A stretch of 64,000 bases of DNA from Octopus sinensis (GCF_006345805.1 NC_042997.1:60822001-60886000), one strand, 5' to 3'. Counted from the first letter of the stretch, positions 49,476-62,602 are shown. Notes: generated by a model from the letters alone, not told the origin. Program-made: numbers and translations.

Positions 49476-49692
49476 TGCCAGTACCGCCAGACCGGCCCTC
49501 GTGCTGGTGGCACGTAAAAGCACCCACTACACTCTTGGAGTGGTTGGTGTTGGGAAGGGCATCCAGCTGTAGAAACTCTGCCAGATCAGATTGGAGCCTG
49601 GTGCCGCCATCTGGTTCGCCAGTCTTCAGTCAAATCGTCCAACCCATGCTAGTATGGAAAGCGGACGTTAAACGATGATGATGATGATGATA
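49476..49692 (+). mobile_element. RTE-type 3' end with (GAT)n tail
   Basis: gtgctggtggcacgtaaaagcacccactacac...gcggacgttaaacgatgatgat. Confidence 0.8.
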
Positions 49693-49934
49693 TATATAGT
49701 AAATATTTTGGATTAACAGGTATAATTAGATTAGTGTGTTTAAATGTTGAGTAGAGCACCGGCACAGCTTAGGCTACTTGTCATTTGCAGTCATAGTATA
49801 CTTCCGTTGGCTCTACTTCAGGAACTCTGCAATGTCAGTTAGGGTAGTTACAGAATAAAGTTTAATATCAAATCCATCTTCTCATTAATTGATATGTCTG
49901 TGTGAGTGTGTGTGTGTGTGTGTGAGTGTGTGTA

Positions 49935-50235
49935 TACACTTTTACTTGTTTCAGTCATTTGACTGCGGCCATGCTGGAGCACCACCTTAAAAGTTGATTT
50001 AGTCAAAGAAAACAACCCCAGGACTTATTCTTTGTAAGCCAGTACTTATTCTGTCAGTCTCTTTTGCCAAACCACTAAGTTGTGAGGATATAAACACCAA
50101 CATCTATTGTCAAGCAATGAAGGTGGACACACACACATGACAGGCTTCTTTCAGTTTCCCTCTACGAAATCCATGCAATGGGACTAAACCCAGAACTATG
50201 TGGTTGGGAAGCAAGCTTCTTAGCATATAGCCATG

Positions 50236-50240
<5 letters not shown>
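49935..50240 (-). mobile_element. SINE family A copy
   Basis: ttacttgtttcagtcatttgactgcggccatgctggagcacc...tgtggttgggaagcaagcttct. Confidence 0.8.
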
Positions 50241-50267
<27 letters not shown>

Positions 50268-50270
<3 letters not shown>

Positions 50271-50440
50271 TCATCATCATCATCATCATTATCATCGATT
50301 AACGTTCATTTTCCATGCTGGCTTCGGTTGGACGATTTGACTGAGGTCTGGAGAGCCAGCGGCTGCACCAGGCTCCAATCTGGTCTGGCAGAATATCTAC
50401 AGGTTGATGTCCTTCCTAAAACCAATCACTCTGAGAGTGT
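50268..50440 (-). mobile_element. RTE-type 3' end, inverted relative to 49476-49692
   Basis: (cat)n-cgattaacgttcattttccatgctggc...caccaggctccaatctgg...ctctgagagtgta. Confidence 0.8.
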
Positions 50441-50635
50441 ATATATATATATATATATATGTATATATGTGTATAATATGCAATTTCTTGCAGAGCCAAG
50501 TGGAATTAAGTCTTTTGCTCAAAAACACAGGACATTACCTGGGATGAGATTTGAAACCATGCTCTCATGATCATGAGTGCATCATCCAAATGACTAGGCT
50601 ACACATACACACACACTAACACACACTCTCTCTCT

Positions 50636-50671
<36 letters not shown>

Positions 50672-51936
50672 TATATATATATATATATATTATAGTTTGG
50701 TCTGAATTAGCTTAACAAGGAATGATGTTAAGTTTAAACTGGAGGAGGCTAAATTGATTATTCTCTGCTGAAATTATAGTACCATATTCTTTGGAAAGTT
50801 ATTTGCATCTATCTGAAAGCAAATGAGATTTTAGAAAGCACACATGAAAACATCTGAAAACAATTGAGATTTTAGAAAGCACATATGAAGCACACTGTTA
50901 CATATGCTAGGCCAACCAGTCATCATCCACTTAAAAACAACAAATCCTTTCATTTCCCATCTTTGTCTTTCAGAACAATTTCTGCACATCATGGACTAAC
51001 ACTCAACAGAGCAAAAGTAACATTAGTTCACATTCAAACTCAGAACTATGTCACCAAAAGTTTTAAACGAAAGCTTGAAAGCTTCTTTCTTTTAATCCTT
51101 TCATTGCTCTTAGTTCAGTAATTCCCTTTAATTCTTCAGCTTCCCTCACATCACCACATTTCCTTTTACATCACCAACTCCTCTTCTTCTTTTCATTTCG
51201 TTTACCCCCACCTCTCTCACACATCTTATATAACTCTCCTACCATTTCCTGCCTATGTATGAAAGCTCACTTTGACTTTCATTCCCATCAGATGCAGCCA
51301 GTCACTTAAATACAGAAAATGTAAAATTCCACTGTCTAGTTTATTTTTTCCCTCTTGGAGCTTAGCCTTGAAGAAGGATTTTGTCTGAAATATAAGACAC
51401 TCCAACCCCACTGACAATTACACAATACTATATCTGAAAATCTTCTAATATAATAAATGTGAAAACTAATTTTTGTGTGTCACACTTATACCCCCTCTCC
51501 CATGATTCAATGACACTCCTGCTATTCCCCTTGATGGGGTGAGAGTAATAGTAGCCATACAGATGGTGAGGGCAGTGGCAAAGACAGAGAGAGAGAGGAA
51601 GAAATTTAGGGAGAGTTGCTGATGTTTTATTAAAAGTAGTGTTGATGGTGGCAGTGGGAGTAATAATAAAAGAAAGAGAAACAGTGGGTATATGAGAGAA
51701 AGAGGAAGGTGATGTACAACTTCGTTTAACCATGTCCCTTTGATAGAAATTCTTGTCATGAACACATTGAACACTATCATTTTTGTTTTATTTTTTGCTT
51801 TCTTTAATACATACACACACACACACACATAAAATACACTCTAATTGAAATAAAGGTTCCCAAAAATTGAACATATCTAATATAATAAATGTGTGTGTCA
51901 GTGTGTCACACTTTTTCAACTTTGAAAAATCCTTTC

Positions 51937-52143
51937 TACTGGAAGCACAAGGCCTCAAATTTTTGGGGAAGAGATTAAGTCAATTACATCGACTCCAGTA
52001 TGTAACTGGTACTAATTTTATCGACCCTGAAAGGATGAAAGGCAAAGTCAACCTTGGCAGATTTGAACTCAAAACCTAATGGCAGACAAAGTACAGCTAA
52101 TATTTCATATAGCATGCTAACAATTCTGCCAGCTCACCACCTT
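51937..52143 (-). mobile_element. SINE family B, probably a MetaSINE-type central domain; decayed relatives at about 1770-1885, 15760-15925 and 39290-39350
   Basis: The reverse strand reads ggtgagctggcagaattgttagc...gagttcaaatc...gcctttcatcctttcagggtcgataaaattagtacc; the last part resembles my recollection of the Meta domain consensus. Confidence 0.6.
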
Positions 52144-52603
52144 AATATAATATAATAATATCTATATATATATAAAGGTGAGAATGTGTGTGTGTGTATG
52201 TCTGTCTGTGTGAATCCCTAAAACTTGAGAACTACACAACCAATTTCATTCAAATTTTACACATGCCTTACTTAGGGTCCATGTAGTGTCATAGGCCAAA
52301 AAAATTTTTTAACTTCTTGCCTAGTGCGAACCCACACCAATATTATATCTTCTCCACTATTACAGTATTACATGTCAAAAGTGAAACAATAACATCTCTC
52401 TATTGTAATGTCAGATACTTTCACTTTAATAGTTTCACTATTAATACTGAAACTATTAAAGTGAAACTATTAAAGTGAAACTATTATCTCACATATATAC
52501 AGGCATACATATATACACCCATACACACACACATGCACACACATACACACACACATGCACACACACACACACACCACACACACACACACACACATAGGTG
52601 CAG

Positions 52604-52925
52604 GTGTGGCTGTGTGGTAACAAACTTGGTTCCAAAAAAACCTGGTCCTGGGTTCAGTCCCACTGTGTGGTGACTTGGCATGTGTCTTTTGCTATGGCCT
52701 CAGATCAACCAAAGCCTTGTCAGTGGATTTTGTAGACAGAAACTGAAAGAAATCAATTGTATATATATGTATGTATATATATATGTAAGTATATGTGTGT
52801 GTCTTTGTATCTGTGTTTCTCCCTCGTCACTGCTTCCCAACTGTTGTTCGTTTATTTACATCCCCATAACTTACTGGTTTCACAAGAAGAAACTGATAGA
52901 ATAGCTACCAGGTTTATTAAAAAAA
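52604..52925 (+). mobile_element. SINE family A copy
   Basis: ggtgtggctgtgtggtaa...gggttcagtcccactg...ccaaagccttg...gtagacagaaactgaaagaa...tttacatccccataactta. Confidence 0.8.
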
Positions 52926-53979
52926 AAAAAACACTGGGCAGTGTCTCATATTTTTGTTTGCTCACTAAGCAAAGATGAATACAGTTGTACTCTTGAAAAC
53001 TGTAGGGTCACCTGAGCATTATTTGTAATTCAATGGTACAACAGTGTAACAGTTTGCTTTGACATACACTTACATTGTGATTTCTGCAAGGTGGTGCAAA
53101 AATTGTCAAGTAAATGAGAGGCATCTTTGCCTCCACTAATTCAGTTGCAAAGTGTTGAGTAAAGTTATTTGGTTGCAGACCTCCTTTCAGTCTTTTTATT
53201 ATCACTGGGTCACACGTAGTCCCCAGATGGTAACATTGATTTCAAGGCCTTCCCAGATGAGTGACTGGTTATTCAAAGCCATTTATAGATAGTAAATTTA
53301 TTCTGTCCAGTTACGTATCAGTATAGTGGTCATTTGCAAACTCCAGACGTGACACTCTCATTTCTCCTTAGCCCTCATGTCACACAGTTGTCAATTTTTA
53401 TTTAAGTTGGGTCACACCCTTCCAATTGCTATAGATCCGTAATGCATCTTACAGCTGTGCCTGTCACCTGTATGGTGAGGAATCCCACGTGGTAACAACC
53501 AGGGTACTGTAGCTGACTGCTTATTGTGATCGTTTGTCTTTTGGTTTCCTGTAGCTTTGCTCTCTTTTACAAACCTAGTGAACATACATATATTTCCTAT
53601 TTCAAAGAAATTCAAACAATAGATATAAGACCCAAGTTAAAAAGATTCTCAACAATTCAACTTCTCTGGTTGACATTAAGACACCCATCCCCAATAGGCG
53701 CCTTAACTCCCACATTTTAGAGTTCCATGACCTCCATTTTTCAGGAGCAAAATCCTTTTAACAGGTTCTATAAGACTGGAATTTTGGAATCTGCGCACAA
53801 AAATCAGTAGCATGGGATACATGTGTCATGATTACAATTTCTTTAGGGTGTGTACAGAGGAAAAGAACCCTCATCTGCAATTTTGATGAAATTAGAATCA
53901 TAGGTATTCCAGTTCATTACAAAAAATATAACAGAAAAGTCTAATTCTTCAATTGTATGTAACACGGGCAATGCCAGGT

Positions 53980-54305
53980 ATCTCTGCTAGTATATATACA
54001 AAATAATGACACCCATCGGTCATGAATTGAAATGGAGTTGCACCTAGAAAGTTCCCCTCTAAGGCACAAGTCAGGTAAGTTTGTTTATGGAAGACCAGCA
54101 GTTGCCCATGCATGCCAGTTTCCCCTCTCCATGCCACCAATGTTATCCAATGGAAAGGCAAATGCTAATACAGCTTGGCACCAATGATATCGCAATTCAT
54201 TCTAAGGTTGAATGAACTGGAGCAGTGAGTATCTTGCTCAAGAACAGAAAACACATCCCAATCCAGGAATTGAACTCACTTACCTCATGATTGTGAGCCT
54301 GACAT
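53980..54305 (-). mobile_element. SINE-like family C copy (second copy at about 56350-56600)
   Basis: Shared block gcacctagaaagtt...ggaagaccagcagttgcccatgcat-ccagt...ccaggaattgaactc in both places; tRNA B-box-like gagttcaattcc on the minus strand. Confidence 0.65.
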
Positions 54306-54490
54306 ATATATATATATGCACATATATATGTATACATACATAAAATTGTATATACACATTCATACATATACACACAAATTTCTATAGAAGTGTATATAAA
54401 TAAATATGTTTATATACATAGCTATATATACAACTATATATACATATATATTCATATACATATACAAAAAACACACACACACACACACAC

Positions 54491-54539
<49 letters not shown>

Positions 54540-54571
54540 CATATATGTATGTGTGTGTGTGTGTGTGTGCT

Positions 54572-54603
<32 letters not shown>

Positions 54604-54652
54604 TATATATAATATGGGTATACATCTCTCTCTCTCTCTCTCTCTCTCTATA

Positions 54653-54700
<48 letters not shown>

Positions 54701-56268
54701 TTTTGTCTCTCTATTCATACATACACACAACCACATATATATACTTAACATTTGTCTCATGACTTGCATTTCAGTTTGATCTTCAAGCAAGATCTGTATT
54801 TTATTCTGTACATACTAATTTTATACACATTGGACTAGACAGTTTATCATTCTTACATTATTGTTTTCTTACATTATGTTATCATGTTATTACTTTTTTT
54901 ACTATTGTTATGATTATCTATGGCTATCATTTGCGCTGGTTGATTTCTCATGTTGTTTAGTTATTTTCTTTTTAAGGTGCTGAGTTTGGTTACTACAGTG
55001 TTGTAAGCTAATAAGTTATTTGCATCACGTTGTCTCTAGTTGACTTTGTTGTTGCTTATTCCTGTGTAATATTTGTTATTTTGAATTTTGTTATATTAAC
55101 TTTATTTCAGCATATGTCCTGGTGATTTTTTCAACTTGTTTGTTATACATATGTTCTGTTCCTTTGTTTATTTCTCACTTAACATTTTTTTAAGCAGCTT
55201 CTTGTTATTTTTTATTATAGTTATACAATTTGCTTTTTGCTAGTGATGGTGTTTGTAATATGCTGATTATTAGACATAGCTTTTTTTATTCTAAGAATTT
55301 TGAAATTACTTTGCTTAACTGTAGATTACTCTCTGCAGTGAGGATTTCTTTTTATTTCATGTTGTTTTGAAATGCTATTCTCTGTTTGTATAAGATTCTA
55401 CATGTGTATGAATGTGTACGCTCATACACACATCTACATGCTTAAACATATACATAGAACTACAGACAGAGAAGCCTCAAAATTAAGCACCATCAAAAAT
55501 TGCAATAGAGGAATAGCAATGCCAACACAAAAGGAACTAAAAACCAAACTCCCTGCGAAAAGACTATATTCCCATAATCATAAAAATACAAAAAACGAAG
55601 ACAATATACCAAACCATTAATGATCTGTAACATGCATTTTATTAAATAACAATTTTGAAAATTGCACTATCATGCATTTATCCATTGATCATATTCTTAA
55701 AAAAACATCCAGGGACATAATTTGAACATAATTTGAACATTTGAACATGCAAACAATGCACACAAATCTATGAATGCATATATATATGAACAAATGTGTA
55801 TATATGTGAACATAGACGTGAAGATATAAGTGCACTTGTGCAAAAGCATACCAGCATGTATAAATATATACATGAATGTATATACTTGTATAGGCATGCA
55901 TATGTACATACATGAGAACAAAACATAAGTATGCATAGATGCATTCATACATATACAATTACAAAGCTGTAGTAATTGTATATGTATATATAAATATCAT
56001 AAATATGTGTACACAGACATATACATAGTGTATATATATATGTGTGTATGTGTGTGATTGTGTGTACGTGTACATTTAATGCATATATTACATATATATA
56101 CTTTATTTAAAAGCAGCAGAAATATTTCTACTGCTTTTAAATAAAGCATATTACTCTACCTATGGTATTTGAGTACTCTTTTTTCCACCTTGTTTCACAT
56201 TTATGTGCTTACTCCAGTATACATATATATATATATATAATATATATATATATATATTATATATATAT

Positions 56269-56326
<58 letters not shown>

Positions 56327-57519
56327 AATGTTATATAAAGATTCCCTTTTGTCAAGAATGACCATGGAATTGCACCTAGAAAGTTCTCTTTTGAGGCACA
56401 TGTCCAAGCAAGATTGTCTGTGGAAGACCAGCAGTTGCCCATGCATACCAGTCTTCTCTCTCCACATCGTTGCAACTCATTTCTACAGCTGAGTGAACTG
56501 AAGCAATGTGAACTAAAATGTCACAATGCACAGCCTAGTCCAGGAATCAAACTCTATGCCTGACACTCTAACCACTGAGACATGCACCTTCACCACATGC
56601 TTATATATATATATGCATGTACATCAGGCCACTCTTACTATTACTGATACATGTAACCAAGTATAATCTGTGGCACAATTGAGTCATTGGCAACTAAACC
56701 AGCAACCCTACCAAGGTTGCTTGGTTAGGGAAGTGGTTTGTTTTGCTGGACAAAAAAAAAATAAAAAATAAAAAAAATGAATGAAAACCTGTCAAAGGGC
56801 AAGTGAAACCAGTGGAGTCAACAGTTGGTCATCCAACAGCTGGGAACAAGAGATCTTAGTCTTTGTTTAAACAACTCTGTAGGAGAAGGAATACTATGAT
56901 ACAAAACCTGCAACTTAGTTTGCATCCAAACTAGTTCATTTTGAGCAAAAGCATATTATGTTCAGAAAATGGGATTAGCCCTGTGCAAAGCCTTTCTTAA
57001 CTCTAAAATGCTTTAGTCTCAGGTAAAGTTTGATATTTTAAGATCTCGCTCAATATCTTCATTATGTGTTGCGTACTGTGCAACAGGCAAGAGCTGAAAA
57101 TGGCAAAACACTCAATGAAATACTGCATAATGCATAAAAACATGTGTCAACAAGGGTGGTAAACTCTCTGAACACCTGCTGCAAAAGTCATTGATCATTG
57201 CTACATCTGTGTTGGTCCTTAGTAGTACTGAAAAACCACATCTGTGTAGCACAAGTTTAAGAGAACAATCAAGCATTGGCATTTCTTGAAATCAAGTTCC
57301 AGCTGTTATGCATGCATTCATGTACATATAGGTTTGGTAAAAGAAACTGGAGAAATACAACAAAATAATGGAGTATATAAACAATTTTATAATTATTCTT
57401 AATCATCGTGAAGTTAAGAATATTATTCAAAGGCAGAGAGTTTTATGTATAGTACTTATGAAACTGACTTCAAGATGTCTGATAAGAAAAAAAACTGTGT
57501 GTGAGTGTGTGTATGTGTA

Positions 57520-57562
<43 letters not shown>

Positions 57563-57614
57563 TGAAATATATTAACTGAGGAAGGTCTTGCATAATGGGA
57601 TGTATTTCCTATTG

Positions 57615-57835
57615 TATGAGAGGCTATTGTAAAGTTTCTGGCTTTAAGGTATCATGAAAGGCCTGGCTGGAAGCCCAACCTTCCGAATTATTTTACAGTG
57701 CTTAGAAAAGCTGAAGGACCATTGCAATAAATGTGTGAATCTAAGAGGGGGATATGTTGAGTAAAATCACAATTAACTGATCCTCCTGTATTTTTTCTAC
57801 CCAACACCAGGAACTTTTCAGCAACCCCTTGAATA
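57615..57835. mobile_element. Mariner-derived MITE, about 220 bp
   Basis: Left tatgagaggctattgtaaagtttctgg versus right ccaggaacttttcagcaaccccttgaata (imperfect inverted repeats, TA ends); no coding capacity. Confidence 0.6.
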
Positions 57836-57940
57836 TTACACAGATCTGAAACATACATATTAAATGCTTTCAAAATATCATTATTTGGTTTCACTTCATT
57901 ACTACTGTATATATATATGTATATACCTTCCTCTTGTGAC

Positions 57941-58815
57941 ACCTGTGAAGACCGGTTGAGGCAAGTGAAAATCAAATCAAATCAAATCAATCAATAGACA
58001 AATAGATGAACATCAATGGAATTGTTTCTTGTGGTACCAGTGCCTGTGGCACACAAGAAATCCATCAGTGCTGTAGTCAGTGCGGTGGGCACATGACAAA
58101 CCCCATCCGATCGTGGCCGTTCGCCAGCCTCATCTAGCACCTGTGTCGGTGGCACATAAAAACACCATCCGAAGACCCGGCAAGACTAGTCAGGCCATAA
58201 CCCATGGCCCCTACCTGGGACGTAGTCAGTCCACCTGTGCATACCTTCCTCTTCTGTTACACTTGTGAAGACCTGTTGAGGCAAGTGAAAATCAAATCAA
58301 ATCAAAACAAATCAAAATAGATGAACATCAATGGAATTTGTATCCTTGTGGTACCAGTGCCAGGTGGCACGTGACACACAAGAAAACCATCCGAACGTGG
58401 CCGTAGCCAGTACCGCATTGACTGGCCTCCGTGCTGTGGGCACGTAACAAGCACCATCCGATCGTGGCCGTTTTGCCAGCCTCATCTGGCACCTGTGTCG
58501 GTGGCACATAAAAACACCATCCGAGCGTGGCCGTCTGCCAGCCTCGTCTGGCACCTGTGTCGGTGGCACATAAAAACACCATCCGAGCATGGCCGTTTGC
58601 CAGCCTCGTCTGGCACCTGTGTCGGTGGCACATAAAATCACCCACTACACTCTCGGAGTGGTTGGCGTTAGGAAGGGCATCACTGTAGAAACACTGCCAG
58701 ATCTGACTGGACTAGTGCAGCTTTCGGGCTCCCCAGACTCCAGTTGAACCGTCCAACCCATGCTAGCATGGAAAGTGGACGTTAAATGATGATGATGATG
58801 ATGATGATGATGATA
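57941..58815 (+). mobile_element. RTE 3' UTR copy with a duplicated module and a tandem array of about 62-bp units, (GAT)n tail
   Basis: Module gtgaagacc-gttgaggcaagtgaaaatcaaatcaaatc at 57945 and 58266; three to four units of atccgagcgtggccgt-tgccagcctcgtctggcacctgtgtcggtggcacataaaaacacc at 58455-58645. Confidence 0.8.
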
Positions 58816-58871
58816 TATATATATACACATTACATATATATGTGTGTGTGTGTGCATGTGTATGTGTATGC

Positions 58872-58930
<59 letters not shown>

Positions 58931-59692
58931 CACACCCTAGCGGTTGAGGGAACCTGTGGAAGAGGCAGACCCAGGAAAACCTGGGACGAGGTGGTGAAGC
59001 ACGACCTTCGAACTTTAGGTCTCACTGAGGAAATGACTAGAGACCGAGACCTCTGGAAGTGTGCTGTGCGCGAGAAGACCCGCAGGACAAGTGAGTCCAT
59101 AACCCGTGGCCTTCTACATGGGATGGAGCCAGCCTACGTATGGCATACCTTCCCTCTTGGGACACAAAACTCTACTTGTGAAGACATGTTGAGGCAAGTG
59201 AGGATCGGAATCGAAATCGATCAATGGAAATTGCGGATGTGTTACCAGTGCCGGTGGCATGTCGAAACTCTACTTGTGAAGACCCGTTTGGCAAGTGAGG
59301 ATCAGAATCGAAATCGATCAATGGAAATTGCAGATGTGTTACCAGTGCCGGTAGCATGTAAGAGAACTTCCCGTTTCGCGACCGTTGCCAGCACCGCCCC
59401 GTTTCGTGTCCGTTGCCAGCTTCGCCTGGCCCTCGTGCCGGTGGCACATAAAAAGCCCATCCATTCGTGGCCGTTTGCCAGCTCTGTCTGGCACCAGTGC
59501 GGGTGGCACGTAAAAAGCACCCAACACTCTCGGAGTGGTTGGCGTTAGGAAGGGCATCCAGCCGTAGAAACACTGCCAGATTTGACTGGGCCTGATGAAG
59601 CCTTCTGGCTTCACAGACTCCAGTAGAACCGTCCAACCCATGCTAGCATGGAAAATGGACGCTAAACGATGATGATGATGATGATGATGATG
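58931..59692 (+). mobile_element. 5'-truncated RTE LINE: ORF C-terminus, 3' UTR, (GAT)n tail
   Basis: HTLAVEGTCGRGRPRKTWDEVVKHDLRTLGLTEEMTRDRDLWKCAVREKTR in ORF 58844..59548, homologous to the remnant at 11230-11450; inserted in (TA)n. Confidence 0.85.
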
Positions 59693-59782
59693 ATATATAT
59701 ACATATATACATACATACATACATATATGAAATAAATACCAATTGTGGATGGACACACACATACATACATACACATAAATAT

Positions 59783-60700
59783 ACAGGGTGCCTCCAAAAA
59801 TATGTATACACACGTTGAGTGATTATAAAGTCAGTATTTGCTAAAATACATTTCATTTTCAAAATTTACAGTATCTAATTTCCTTATGAACACCTGTTTG
59901 ATAAAATCTCATTATTATGGTAGTGTGGATATGCCCCTTCTTGCTGACAATAAAACCCCACACCTTCAAAGCACTCTTGAATGCTTGACATAATAGATTG
60001 TCATAGCAAGTTCAAGTAAATGGGACCAGTTACAGTATTGTCAAAAAAGAATGGTCCAGTGAATTCTTTTGATGACAAGTCACACCATACTGTAACTCCT
60101 GGTAAATTAACCTGATACAATATGCAGATTCTTCAAGTGCTCAGAAAGTGCAACTGTAGCAATTAATTAAGCGATCTAATTAAAATATAACCTCATCCCT
60201 CCAAACAATATGTGTTGGTAAGTGAATATCTATCTCTTACACATCTTGTCAAGATTAACCTGCAACACTCTGTTCTTCAGTCTGAATCATCTTCATTGAG
60301 AGCATGGACTATTCTTGAAACTTTTCCAATGACAATGCTTCAAAATGTAATGAACTCTTTATTTTAAAATTGCTATCTCACAACTAGCTGGCTGAAGAGT
60401 TTCCTGAACTCTGGCAAAATATTTGTTGTACCCTTTACCCTTTTTTGTTTTTTAGAGTTCAATGATGTCTGTGAGCTTCCAGAACATTTCTTGTCAACAC
60501 TCTGAACAGTTCCATCTAATTCAAACTTATCTCTAATTTGAGTGATGGTAAATCAAAAAGATGGAGATATTTGAAACTCCCTTCTAAATTGTCTTTATAC
60601 TTCTACACCATTTTCAAACTTCCAGCAGCATTTTATGATAAATTTCTTTTCTTCGAATCTTAGTAAGGCTCTCTTCTTTATTTCTAATGGATGAGTCTAA
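59783..60700 (-). mobile_element. Decayed Tc1/mariner-superfamily transposase remnant (third family)
   Basis: The minus strand gives RKFIIKCCWKFENGVEV*RQFRREFQ...TITQIRDKFELDGTV...SG, an HTH N-terminus of DD37D/DD41D-like transposases. cagggtg TIR-like start at 59783; right end not defined. Confidence 0.6.
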
Positions 60701-61139
60701 AAAAAAAAAAAATGAAAACAGGGAATTATCAGCTTTTAAAGTGTTTATTCCCTGCATTTTGTAGGCATACAGTGAAATTGTAAAGATCTTTTAGAAAATA
60801 ACTGATAGGGAATGAGCAATGTTCCATCTTGTGTGGGAATTTTCTGCTTGTTCCCTTGTGTTTTTTTCAATTTTGGAACTTATATGTATATATATATATA
60901 TTGTACCAGCATGCACCACCCTTCTCACTCAACGTCAAGACTTGTGTAGGAAAATTTTTCTTAAGATTAATAGACAAACATTTTACACACACACACACAT
61001 AGATACAGGCATTTGTTTGACAGGCACAACCTAAGAATCTCCTTTAGTTGTGCACCTAACATTAAAAAAACATTTTATCAAGTACCCACAATACAAGGAA
61101 GGAGGCAGGTTGCTCTTGCAAGGTATATAATAATTATCC

Positions 61140-62260
61140 AGTAGGAGGTCAATGCGAGGCTGAAGGGGTCATATATGAGGCTACAGTGATACCTAGACCT
61201 AATATCCACAATAACAGTAATGTAACATCGAATAGCAGCATTATTAGCAGATTAACCAGGTCTCATGCCAATACAGTTGCCGTGCCCAGAGATAATAACC
61301 AAGCTAGAACCAGCATCACAGAGAATGTCACTTAAAATCCCGGTACAACCGCCATGGATAATGAACAAACCAAAGATACAGATAGAGTGACCAGTACAAA
61401 CTCCACACCTCGAAATAATGACCTATCCAGAAACAACGACTTGGAGGAGGTATCTGCCATTCCCAGTTCTGCCACCTCAGATGAGGACCAAACATTCATC
61501 TTCGACACTGATGGGATGACCAGCCCCATGTTATATGCTATCAGGAGTGCAAATAAGGTCACATTCCATGTTTATAAATGTATTGGTTCAGTGAGTACTT
61601 CATTCAAGAAATGTTTTCTTAACCATCAATCATCCTTCAGAGTCCCAGAAAGATGGTTTGTCACATCCCTGGCCCACTAAGTGTATCACCTCAAAGACCA
61701 AGGGATCCTGTGTGATGTCAAGTGGAAATTAAGTGATTTTCTGGGCCCATATTTTAATGGAAGTGGCTGTTGCAAGATCTGCTAAACTGCCCATATTCCT
61801 TCTCTCTTTCTGTGCTACCCCTCTTCTTGGAACCACTCCCCTTGCTACCCATTCTACTCACCAAATATATGTCCACTGAATGCCCATTTCCCCTGAAAAC
61901 CCACTCACTTCTACTTGTGTAACTTACTATATCCACCTCTATGTATGCTTATCTCCTGTCTCTGTCATTGTGCATCTTCTGTCTCCTCCCACACTTCATC
62001 TCTCCTACCTACTTATCCAGTCATTCTTGTTTATCTGTCTCAATTTTCTCTCTATCCACCTACATGTACCTCTGATACCTCATCTCCACCATCCTTTCTC
62101 CTTTTCCTGCCGGTGTACCCAACTATCTTCACAACAAGGTACCTGTTCCTGCCACATTGCCTATATTAGCCACTCAACACCTGGCACAAAGCCACCTTCC
62201 TCAATAGTGTATCTCCAGTCTGTGAAGAGGACTTAATTTGAAAGTTACTTGGTGACCAAC
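61140..62260 (+). mobile_element. Decayed Penelope-like element 3' part: GIY-YIG endonuclease remnant, pyrimidine-rich UTR, eroded hammerhead-like core
   Basis: MLY...KCIGSVSTSFKKCFLNHQSSFR...HLKDQGILCDVKWK...PYFNGSGCCKIC resembles PLE endonucleases (YIG...F+.R..NH.SSFR...W....PY......C.LC); gtgaaga-gg...tt-gaaa at 62222-62243. Confidence 0.6.
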
Positions 62261-62602
62261 TAGTGCTGGTATCAGAAGGAAAACACCTATTACACACTGT
62301 AACATAATTACTATTAGGAAGGGCAACTAACTATAGAAACCTTGCCTAAGCAGACATTGGAAATGAACACAACCCTCGAACTAGTTGAATCCTCTTGAAC
62401 CATCCAAACCATGCAACATGAACATTGAACAATGATGAAGGCAATATGTATGTAACCTGCCATAAAATGTTCTAAAGTGTAGCCTTATCAATATGTTACA
62501 GCATAATTATATGTGTGTGTGTGTGTGTGTGTGTATGTGTGTGTGTGTGATTGGTGTGTGTATTCATATGTATATTCATTTCTATAAGTGTGTGATGGAT
62601 GA

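Noticed and set aside
56095-56150. Short palindrome of about 46 bp (ctttatttaaaagcag...ctgcttttaaataaag)
   Set aside because: Real but short, and looks like a collapsed end of a dispersed repeat; nothing suggests a pre-miRNA or other function.
58455-58645. Regular repeats of about 62 bp that could be mistaken for a CRISPR array
   Set aside because: Head-to-tail units without unique spacers, inside an RTE 3' UTR of a eukaryotic genome; no cas genes.
61354-61680. 108-aa plus-strand ORF as an independent gene
   Set aside because: Its 3' part reads into a stop-disrupted GIY-YIG-like remnant, so it is better explained as a decayed Penelope-like element.
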